NCBI GenBank assembly: GCA_030264375.1
Contig: JASCQW010000032.1
Location: forward strand, 38,513,229-38,577,228
From: Carcharhinus longimanus
Lineage: Eukaryota
DNA length: 64,000 nt
Reading direction: 5' to 3'
Shown here: piece by piece, positions 12,801-24,800 of the stretch
Numbering within the stretch: the first letter of the stretch is position 1
How the letters are laid out: the number at the start of each line of letters is the position of its first letter
Position numbers and translations under genes: made by a program
Notes under the pieces: generated by a model
Database searches by the model: none
Seen by the model: the letters and a program-made list of their open reading frames with translations, nothing else
What the model was told of the DNA's origin: nothing

Positions 12801-15800
12801 ATATGAGGAAAGTGCCGAGTACGATGAGATGATATCTGAAGAAACTGTGCAGGATGCTGATAGAATTTTACCTGAGGAAATTGTTGAGGCAGATGAGGAG
12901 ATTTTAGATAAAGAAATTGTTGAACCTGACAAGGTGACTTCATATGAACAAAGTGTTGAGTTCTATATGGGTTTACCTGAGGACACTGCTCAGCTTGAGG
13001 AGATTATTTTACCCAAGAAAATTATTGAGGCTGGTGAGAAGACTTTACATGAAGAAATTGTTGAAGCAACACTTCCAGAAAAAAAGAAATTTATTTCAGA
13101 GAAAGGTATAGAACTATTTATTAGAGGATTATATTTTAATCAGCTGCAACATCTCATAACCAATGGAAATGTCTGTGATTTTTAAAGTTTTATTTATATT
13201 CTCTGTGGGCCCTCTGTTTACTCACAGTACTGCTGTCTACAATATTGACACCTATATTTCAGATGTTCTCTAGTTACACTGGCTCTATTATTTCCTGTCT
13301 TTTATTTTTAATACCGTATTGTAATAGTTATTGAGTAGTGAAAGAGTTTGTGAGTTCAGTCATTTTTACAAATTCCCCAGCAAAACTAAACTTTGCCTAA
13401 CTAGCTAACTAAAAATTCACATAAGTAACAGTTTAATATTTGCCAGATGAAGCAAACAGTCTCTTCCAGTAGGGACATCCTCCCATTATCTGAGCTTGGA
13501 GAATTTAAACCCTGACTTCCAAGAGCCAAAATTGGAGACTAATCAACTAAAACTGTGCAGTGTAACGTAAAGAAGTATTAGGAATCGTCTACCCGCTCTG
13601 AGATCATTTCACATGGTACAGTATTGACTTTCTGAGTACAAATGAAAAAATTCCATGGAGTAACTAGCACTCAAAGGTTATTTGCTTAACATTTTTTGAA
13701 TGAAGTTAAAGAAATATGTTTACTGTTTCTTAAGTATCTCACATGTTCAGTTGCCTGTTTTTAATAATAATAGAAATTTTGTATACATTCACTAAATATT
13801 TAAACAAAATATTTTTTGAAGTGGCTCCAATTACTGAGAAGATTGAACCTAAAGGTGATGTTCTAGTCACTGCTCCAGTGAAGCAAGATTTGGAACCAGT
13901 AGAAGGTATACAAATCAATGTCACTCATTGGCTTGTGTCATTGGTGCAAAATCCATGAAACTTTCAACATTTCAATGTCTTTCACTTCCATTACATCTCT
14001 TCATCTGCATTTCATCTTTCTTGTGGTTCATTATTTCATTGCTTAATTGTCTATGCTTGCTTTCAACTGTTCTTCATTTTAATTCTGTCACTCAGGCCTT
14101 GTTCTTACAATCTAATTAGTAAAGGAGCATTTGTACTGAAAGAAAAATTTTCTGGCCACATACAAGATACGACTATGAAAAATGAAGTTCAAACCCCCAA
14201 CCTATCCAATTACTTATTTTGGTTTGTTTGTCATGAACAATAGTTAGCAGGTTACGTAATTTTAATGTGAGTAATATTTCCTCCACGACAGCAAAGAATA
14301 AACAAGAATTTTAACTGTCCAAGGACTCTATCAAGACCATTGCACAATTGACCAATCATGTGGCGTGCTTAAACCCTAAGGAAAAGTGTACTTCCCAAGT
14401 TTTTCATCCCTCTGACCTGGGTAAACTGGCAAAATTCAGCATCAAGTGGAAAGTTGGGAAACAAATGCTTGTCAAAATTAGACTGATGCTGAACTCTAAT
14501 AGTTTGATGCACCCTAGCTGTTGAACCAGGGAATAATTTGGGATAATATTCCATGTAATTATGCTTTTCAAGAGTTGACTTTAATGGTAATAAAATCTTT
14601 GAATTGTTTTTAAAGTGCCTGAAACTGAAGAGGTACCTGCTACAACACTTCCTATTTCTGCTCCAGGACCAGTCAAGAAACCCCTTAAAGGTACAATTTA
14701 TCAAAAGCTTGAACCTTAATTTACAATGGCAAATTTTAAAATACCTTACTACATAATATGTTGATATACAGTTTAGTATTTTTTTTCCTGAATGTTAAAT
14801 GGTAAAGTTATGCAGAACTTAATTGCACAGATTTCTAAATGTTGTGTATTGGTTGTATCAAATTGTCTTCAGTCTATTTAAAAAGTTACAATTCATGTAT
14901 CTTGTCTCTTGTGATCCCTTCTGTTAATGTGTTTATTTGGAAATTTTGCTGTCTATGGGTATGTTTTACAGTGTGTTTAATTTGGTGAACTCACCAATTT
15001 AGTTTGGAGATGATGACATTGTTTGGTTTTGTTTAAATGTTAGACTGTTCTTTTACGGAATTGCAAAAAAAGTCCTTTTTGATGTGTCACTAAATTATAT
15101 ATGAAACCTTTATAGCTGCAGAACAATTCAAGCCATCTTTGAAACTAAAACCTACAGTCAAAGTTCCAAAGGAAGTAGAAGATATAGAAATTTCAGTACT
15201 GAAGAAAATTAGTAAGCTTCCCAAGGAAGAGAAAGATGAAGATGAAGGCATTATATTAAAAAAGGTGGATAGCTCTCCTAAAGAAGAAGACAAGTACATA
15301 GGGGTAGAACTTAGGAAACCGATTAAAGGTCCTGAGGAAGTGGAAGATGAAGAACATGTATCACAAAAGAAACCAGATGTAATCTTAAAAGAGAAAGAAA
15401 CAGAAAGAGAAATAATATTGCAGTTGGTTGATGAGATTCCTAAAATAGATAAAGATTATGGAAAAGGTGTATCAATAAAGAAATTAGATAAAATTTCTAT
15501 TGAACAAGATGATGCATACAAAATGTTACCAAGGAAAGGTACCAAAGCACAATCCAAAGAAATGGAGGAGGAGCCGGGTACACCACTGAAGAAACCTGAT
15601 AAGATCACTAAGCAAAAGGAAGAAGCGGAAAAGATATCACTGAAAAAGCGTGACACAGTCCCTAAAAAAGAAACATTAAAAGAAAAACGCATAATATCAA
15701 AGAAACTACCCAGTGATGAAGAAGATAGAAAAAAGCAAATAATATTGGAAACAGTTGGTGAAGTGCCTAAAATTGAAAGAGGCATAGAAAAGACTGTGCA

Positions 15801-18800
15801 TTTAACCAGAACAGAACCAGTTCCTATGAAGGTAGAAGACAGAGAAAAGATATCTGTGAAGCGTACCCTAGTTGCTGATACAGAGAAGGATAAGGCGAAG
15901 ATAATCCCATTGAAGGAACCTAGTCAAAGCCCTATAGAACAGAAAGATGAAGACAAACATTTGGCACTGAGAAAAGATAGGACATCGCCTCAGCTTGTGG
16001 AGAAAAAGGAACACCCTAGTCTCAAGAAAGTTGACCTTCCTAAAATTATTCATGAAAAGACCAGGATTGCACCATCTCTTGAAGAAGAGGCACCCAAAAG
16101 TATAGAAATTTACCCAGTCGATAGGATACCCAGGAAGACTGCTCCTGAAGAGCCTGCATCAAAATTGGTACGAGAGGTTACTGCAGAAGAGGCTGCCGAT
16201 ATTACCAAGACAACATATGAAAAGAAAATGGTACCCTCCAAAGAAAAACCTCATGAAACACCTTTAAAGATTGGAAAAGGGAAAGTTCTGGTTTCAAAAG
16301 AAGAACAGGAAACAGCTTTACTGAAAAAAATTCCCTCAAAAGGAAGTGCATTTGATGCAAAAGAACCACAAAAGATTCACAAATTACCTGAAAAGGATGT
16401 GGCAGCTTATAAAGAGAAAACACAAATTATCCCTACTAAAATGGATAAAGGGAAAGTATCTGACGAACAGGAACCAGTGCAGTTAGAAAAATTCCCCTCG
16501 AAAGAAATTCTGTTTGAAGATAAGGAATCAGAAAAAATAAAGAAAGTTCCTGAAAAGACATCAGTGATCCCTACAGCGAAAGTTGATGAAACACATTTTA
16601 AAATTGCAAAAGGAAAAATTCCTGTTTTGGAAGAACAGAAAGATCACATAGAGCTGAAGAAAGTTCCTTCAAAGGAAGTTGTAATAGAAGAAAAGCCACA
16701 GAAAGTACCAGTAAAGAAAGAACTGACACCCAGGGATATATCTGATATTGCACATCCTAAAATTAGAAAGGGAAAAGTACCAGTGTCAGAAGAAAGAGAT
16801 CAAGCACAGGTGAAGAAGATTCCTTCAAAAGAAGCTGCGGTAGAAGAAAAGCCACAGAAAATACCAATAAAAAAAGTACTGACACCCAGGGATATACCAG
16901 ATACTGCACATCTTAAAATTGGGAAGGGAAAAGTACCAGTATCAGAAGAAGAAAAAGATCAAGCACAGATAAAGAAAATTCCTTCAAAAGAACCTGCAGT
17001 GGAAGAAAAGCCACAGAAAATACCAATAAAGAAAGTCCTGACACCCAGGGATATACCTGATGCTGCACATCTTAAAATTGGAAAAGGAAAAGTGCCAGTG
17101 TCAGAAGAAGAAAAAGATCATGTACAACTGAAAAAGATTCCTTCAAAAGAACTTCCAGTGGAAGAAAAGCCACAGAAAATACCAGTAAAGAAAATACTGA
17201 CACCCAGGGATATACCTGATACTGCACTTCCTAAAATTGGAAAGGGAAAAGTACCAGTGTCAGAAGAAGAAAAAGATCAAATACAGCTAAAAAAGATTCC
17301 TTCAAAAGAACTTGTGATGGAAGAAAAGCCACAGAAAATACCAGTAAAGAAAGTACTGACCCCTAGAGATGTGGCACACCTTAAAGCAGGCAAAGGGATT
17401 CCATCAGCTGTTGAAAAAGAATTGGAACTAACACAAATTAAAAAAGTTCCCTCTGAAAGCATCTCAACAGAAGATGACTACGAAGTAGAATCAGAAGAAA
17501 TGTCAATAGAAGAATTACAGGACAAAGGAGACTGGGAATGGGAATTAACTGAAGAAGAGGAGGAATATGGCTCATCTGTTGACTGGGAGCATGAAGATGA
17601 TGAAGAGTTTGAGGGTGCAGTTGAGACTCCTTCAAAGCCTTACAAACAACGAGGTGAGATGGCTGCTGCACATCTACCAAACTGATTGTTCATATCTTGT
17701 GCTTTGGAAAATAGATCAGTGTTCTTTGTTTTTGTTTGTGTTCATCTTTTGTCAAACATCTTTGTTTGTCCTCGCAATGCAGCTTGTGTTTATGTGCATG
17801 ATGTATCATGGTTGTCAAAAGTCTGTCAAAAGGTTGTTAAAATTCATGTCTGTTTCTTGTGTTTGGTCCATGTGGTCCTATGCTTCCCAAAGAAAAATTG
17901 TCTTAATTTGCTTTGTCGTTTGCTATTAACAGAGCTATGGGTGAATTAAAATCATTTTTCATTTACATCATTGAAGGCACAGGCTTCAGCAGACCTTCCA
18001 AATAGTCTGGTTTCACATTTTTCATTCAAAACTAATTATGTCTTTTTCTTCATTTTACATCTCCTCTGGCCGCATGAGTAAACCTTTGTTTAGTGTATTA
18101 AACAAGTGGTAGTGCCATTTTTGATTTTTCTTTTGCCTGTATTACAGATTATCAATATGTAAATATATTTTTCCATCTAAATACAATACACTTTCTGAGC
18201 CTCATTGTTTCCACCCTAAGGTTATAACAGAAGCATCTTAACATATAATAATTTGGAAGGATAGTCTTGACATGCCGATAATTATGTTACTATCTCACTA
18301 CAGATGCTAAGACACCAGCAGATGAAGCCGGCAGGGGTAGAGGCTTCCTCAGAGGTGAGAGGGGATATCAAGCACTTAGTCACAACTAAGGATCCATGCA
18401 TGATTGTACACATATATTTGTTTCACAAGCACTACCAAACATTAAGTTGCAAACACATGCAATATTCCAACATAACATGCCAATTTAAGACAAATCATTG
18501 AATTATACTGCTGTTAAACAGAACTTTATTTAAATTTAATTCATATATTAGTAAAAAGAAATCCATTAAGTGTTATGGTACATTTCAGTTATTTTAGAAC
18601 TTAATTTGTCATATCAATTTGCATGCTCTTCCGATTACAAAAATGATTGTGGCTGCGTAGACTCGATAGCAAACCCTAGATTAATATTGCATTGCTTACT
18701 TTTGCATGAACTGTCCTCTCTTTATATGCTTGCAGCTCCAAAGAGTAATAATTGAAGTTTAAATATACCTATTTACCAAGCATGAGTAATCAGTTTGTAT

Positions 18801-21800
18801 ACTGCACCTGATTATTGGCCAGAACTGATGTTGGTGGAGGAGAACTTAGCATGAAAGCTAAATGAAGAAACATACACAATGTTTCAATGTCCTGATCGCC
18901 TTACTAGAATCTAAAACTTTAATGCATGCATTTCATTTTCTATTTGCGTGAAAACTTGTGTTTCTGGCTGTATTGAGTAGTTCCTACTTGAATAAAATTA
19001 TGCTGCCTGAAGACTGATTATGAATCATTGGTGCTCCTTGGCAAATAGCAAATATACCAGTGCTGAAATTATATTGGCTGTATATTATGCAAATCTTACA
19101 ACCTGAAAGCATGATGAAATGCGTAGACTTTGAAGGATGAGTTTCAATGCACCAATTTACCTCAGAAAACCAAGTTTACAGAGTTTGATCTCTTAGTCAG
19201 TCAGTCACATTGCTCTGCTTGCATCACTCTTTTCTTTTCCAACTGAAAATGGCACATGGCATCTAAATGTCTGGTTCGCATCAAACCATCTTCAGAAGCA
19301 TGCAAAAAAAAGCAACAAGTAAAACTGAATATATTTATGTTCAACTCTAAATTTTAGCAAAAAAGACACCATCGCCTGGAGAGGGAGACAAGAAGCCACT
19401 TAAACCGGGTGGAGGAAGGCCACCCTCAGAGGAACCACCTTTTGCAGGATTCCAGCTCAAAGCAGTCCCACTGAAATTTGTCAAAGAGTTGAAAGATATT
19501 GTGCTGGAGGAAGCTGAGTCTATAGGGTCTTCTGCCGTCTTTGAATGCCAGATCTCCCCATCTACAGCATTAACATCATGGATGAAGGATGGAAGCACTG
19601 TGAGAGAAAGTCCTAAATACAAATTTACCTCCGATGGCAAAGATAGAAAGTTACAGATTATTGACGTGCAGCTTTCAGATACTGGTGAATATTGCTGTGT
19701 TGGTCGCCTCGGCAAACAAGAAAAGACATCCACAGCAAAACTAATTGTTGAAGGTACTGAGCGTTGCTGTTTGAGATATTTCACAGCATAAATCATGAGC
19801 AAGACTGTGCAATGTATTAAAGTTGTGCAACTTAGGAACCCTGCTGAATAGTTACTTTCAGTCTAATTACTAAGGTCAAAAGGTCATATACACTGTTACC
19901 ATGTTATTTCACAAGATTCATCAATTCAGTGTAATCCAAGTACTAGATTTGGATCTTTTAGATGTTATGAAAAGCTTTTGCCATTTTGTATAATATGAAT
20001 ACTTTGTTTTTTTTATCGAAAATTAATTGATATTTTCCCAAAACATTTTAGAATTGCCAGTGGCATTCTTTAAAACATTGGATGAGGAAGTAACTGTCTT
20101 CAAAGGACAGCCCCTGTATTTGACCTGTGAGCTGACCAAAGAAAAACCAGTGGTTTGGAAGAAGGATGGTGAACCTCTTGAACCCACATCTGACAGATAC
20201 ACAATTAGCGTCATTGGGCTGCAGCATTCGATTACCATTCCAAGTTCAGATTTTGAGGATGCTGGAGTGTATTCTGTTGAGACTGCTAACATAAGATGTG
20301 AGGGAAAAGTTAATGTACAAGGTTAGTATGTACGTCTTCATATATTTGAAGCAGCAGTAAAGGGATTTGAGGATTTGGTTTTAGCTTACATATTTTTGTC
20401 CATTGTAGAGATTGTGAGGAAGTGGTTTGTTAAACCTGTTCGGGACCAGCGGGTCAAACAGAAAGAAAATGCCGTTTTTCAATGCGAAATTGCAAAAGAC
20501 ACACCAAATATTAAGTGGTTCAAAGGAGATGAGGAGATTCCAATGGAACCAAATGCAAAAACTGAAATTAAGAAAGTTGGCAAAATTCTTACTCTCACTG
20601 TGAAAAATGCAACACCTGAAGATATGGCTGAATACACAGTGGAGGTGGAAGGACAAGCTTCTACAGCCAACCTGTTTGTTGATGGTAGGTATTCTATTAC
20701 TTGGAGAAATGTGCACTCCTTTGCCCTACCAGCACTGATGATCAGTATTAGAAATAATTTTAGGTGGGGCACACACCACTTGTTCATATGTTTAATCTCT
20801 ACTGTCATAATGTTTAGTCACCATTGTGAATCTCTGTCAGGATTTTCTGTTCTTTTCCTACATGGACTAAAGGAATGTAGCAGCAGGCTTTAGTCACAAG
20901 TGGCCTTTTGAGCTAGATCCTGAACTTCATAGGTACTGACTTGTAGGTAACACTACAGTCAAGTTACTAGTTTAATAAAATGTTTCCTATGTTGCTTATC
21001 ATCATGAAATAGAAATCTCTGATAATTTTTTGACATTCCAATTCTAAAATTAAGTAATTTTACAACCAATGGAAAATTTCAACCTTTACCTACACAATTA
21101 AACCGAATCCTATCTACCCTAGTCCAGTCTTTTTCCAGCAATATCCATGACTCTTTCAATGCCCACAGTCACTTTAACAGTCTCCAATTTTCTAGTGCTA
21201 ATCATCTTCCCTTCACCATGGACATATATTCTCGCAATATCTCCATCCTCCACCAGAGTAGCTTACATTAACACTGCAATGAAGTTACTGTGAAAATCCC
21301 CACACTCTGTTCAGACCAATGCACCTAATCAGCATGTCTTTCAAACTGTGGGAAGAAACCAGAGCATCGGGAGGAAACCCACGCAGACACAGGGAGAACA
21401 CACAAACTCCACGTGGACAGTGACCCAGGCCAGGCAAATCTGGGATCCTGGCGCTGTGGGGCAGCAATGTTAACCAGTGTGCCACCATGCCACCCCCTGA
21501 AACCCACTGGATCTCACAGCTACCTTGGTCATACTGCCTCATTCCCTGTTTCGATAAGGACAGCATTCTATTTCCCAAGATTCCCCGTCTCAATTGCACC
21601 TGATGATGCAACTTGACATGGTACCACTTCTGTGCCATCAGCCTTCATATTCAGTGGATCATCCGCTGCTGTTTGCACTACCTCCACTCACCAAACACCT
21701 CTATCCTCCTCTCAGCTTTCACCACTTCGCAGGAACCCTACCCTTCATTACATTCCTAATTCTAATTGCAGATTGTTGTTGCCAAGTCTGGTATATGTTT

Positions 21801-24800
21801 TGCAAAACAAGTGGAAATCATACAAATCAGAAATTCACAATCAAGAAAACTTGTGTAGACTTTTCAAGTCTGCTTTTGATGGTATTACTTGTGGTTGGAT
21901 ATTTTCAGCCTGCTGTTCTAATGGGAAAATGACATTGAATGTTCTATTTTAGAACGGGAGATAGACATACTTTCAGAATTGCAAAGCGTGGAAGTGTATG
22001 AGAAAGAGACAGCCACTTTTGAAACTGAGATCTCTCAAGACGTTCCAGTTGAGTGGAAGCTCAAGGGAGAAATCCTCCGCCCGTCACCTGTAAGCTTTTC
22101 TTCAAAGCTTGAATCTTTGTCATTAAAAAAGTGGAATTCAAGATTGTAATACTGTTTTGTAAAAATGTACCTAAATTATGATGTTTTTAAAAATTTCAGA
22201 CCTGTGAAATGAAAGCAGATGGTGCAAAACGTTTCTTGATCCTTCACGATGTCAAACTGGACCAAGCTGGTGAAGTTGTCTTCAAGGCACGCAATGCCAC
22301 ATCCATTGCTTACCTAAGAGTTAAAGGTAACTAATAATCCATAAAGAAAATGTCAGCGCAGTTTTATTTATGATGAAAAAAGATGAGAAATTTTAAAGTA
22401 GTTTGTTTTTTGTTTGATTAAAATGTAATTTTGCTTGCAGAAATTGAACTTGACTTTGAGGCACCACTAAAAGATGTGACTGTTCCTGAAAAGCACCAGG
22501 CACGATTTGAGTGTGTGCTTAACAAGGAGGTTCCCAAAATTCTGTGGTCAAAAGGTACCGACATTCTTAAGGCTGGTGATAAGTATGATTTAGTTGCTGA
22601 TGGAAAGAAACACATCCTTGTTATCAATCAGTCAACCTTTGATGACGAAGGAGATTATAGCGCTGAAATTGTGGACAAGAAATCGACTGCAAAGCTCACT
22701 GTAACTGGTGAGTCCTTTTAATTAATTACATTTCATAGTTAAACAATTTGCTGATTTAATGTGTTGGTAATATTTAATTGATCTGACCTCAGTTTGGCTT
22801 ATGGTTTGGTAATGTGATAATGTATTTGTGAAGCCTTACTTAAATATTCTGTTGATGATTTTTACATTGTCTCTAGTTGACTTAACTTCTGTTTTTCTGA
22901 AGCACTGAGAAACCTGTATAACTAAAGATGGAGATCCATCATTCAGAATATCACATACGTAGTATCCTTCTTGTGCAACATGAGGCCATTAAGTTTGCAC
23001 TGACCCTCCAACAGGGCATCTTACCCAGGCCAACCCCTGTAACCCTGCATATTTAGCATGGCTAATCTACCTAACCTGCATGTCTTGGGACTGTGGAAGG
23101 GAACTAGAGCACCCAGAGGAAATTCATGCAGACATGAGGAAAATATGCAACATGCAAACTACATGCATATAGTGACCCAAGGCCAAAATCAAACACGGGT
23201 CCCTGGTGCTGTGAGGCAGTAGTGCTAATCACTGCACCACAGTGCTGCCATATTAGATCAAAGCCCAGGACTGATCCGGGTTTGGGGAGTTCCCTTACTC
23301 TAATGCCAGGCTAGTTAGGCCACTTAAAAAGTACTATATTAAAGAAAGAACTTGTATTTATTTCATCGCTTTCTTCATAGTTTAGATGTACCAAAGCTCA
23401 ATGAAATACTTTTGAAGTGTAGCTCCTGTTGGAATGGAGGGAAATAGCAGGGTATAAAAATGTCAATTTCAGTTGATTTATTAGTTACACGATTTTGAAC
23501 TGTACAGTAACCGATCCATGCATTACTTCATATTTCAGGCATGAGGTTGAAGTTCATTACGCCACTGAAAGATCAGACAGTCAAAGAAGGTAACACAGCT
23601 CATTTTGAATTTGAGCTTTCGCATGAAAATCTCCCAGTGACCTGGTACCGGAATGAAGACAAAATTCACCCAAGCAGAACGGTTCTGATCTCCACTGATG
23701 GGAAGAAGCATGTATTAGAAATTAAAGAAGCAACTCTTGATGATACATGTCAGATACGAGCAGAAGTTGCTCAACTATCCACAAAAGGACAACTGAATGT
23801 CATTGGTAAGAATTTAGTAAAACAATGGTTTGGAATTCTGTTGTGCAGAATGCAATACTAACTGAGGGTGCAGAGAATAAGGCTGAGGGGGCTCCGGCAT
23901 TGACATGAACAGGAAATTCATGTCTGACCTCCAGCATTGGGATCAAAGGTCCAAATTATTCTGGCAGTTGAGGGAAGCAAGCCAGCAAAACTGACACCAA
24001 ACAGCAAGAGGGTAATTTTACTGGTTTAGCACATCCTTATAACTCATTAACATGGAAATTTTTGTGATTGAATAGTAGCTTTAAAATTAACTGTGAACCA
24101 CATGGGATCACGGGTCTTCAGTTGCCCGGTTGTTTAAACTTGAAAGTGAGCAGGCAGTTTAGTCTATGAGAGGAAGGTGAGCCACTTAGACCCGCCTGCC
24201 ATTTTCAGAACAAAGAGGAGGCTATGATGCATCACAGGGAAGATGCAGTCATTATAGAGAAGGTGAGAATCTTTGCAAGAATCTGAAGGTCTTTTGAGGA
24301 GGATGAGAGTCATTGTGGGGAGGTGAAAGGACATCTCAGGAAGGGAGAAGAGTCACTGTGGGAGGACAAGGGCCATCTCTTGGTGGTGGGGAAGGGAACA
24401 AGAGCAGATTAAATTGCCCGCAGGACCTTGGTGACACATTTCAAACACAGGTACCAGGTGTTTCCTGAAGACTAGGGACACAATGAAGGACATATCTTTG
24501 CCAGGGCAGCGTTGCAACATTTGTGAAGTTTTTAGACCTTACCATGGTCTTGGCCTCTTGGTGTTCCTGGAACCCTTAGTGAAGAAGTAGCGGTAGTCTG
24601 GAACTTCAAAGGAACAAATGGTAGGAGGCCATTGTAAAGTGACTCAGCCTGTGGTTGGATCAAACAGTAAGAACTGTTAACAGGAAGCCCAAAGTGATGC
24701 AGTCAGGTGACAACCATTGCTGCGTTTCACAGTATACAGGCCTTGCCTGAATTATCTTCAAATATCAGAGGAATGATGCCAACAGAAGTTCTGAATGTCT

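Noticed and set aside
16600-17420. Regular repeat as a CRISPR-like array
   Set aside because: Contiguous in-frame coding tandem repeat with no unique spacers, in a vertebrate gene.
15139-17685. 848-aa ORF as an independent gene
   Set aside because: It starts at TTG, has flanking splice sites, and its phase is compatible with titin; it is an internal exon.
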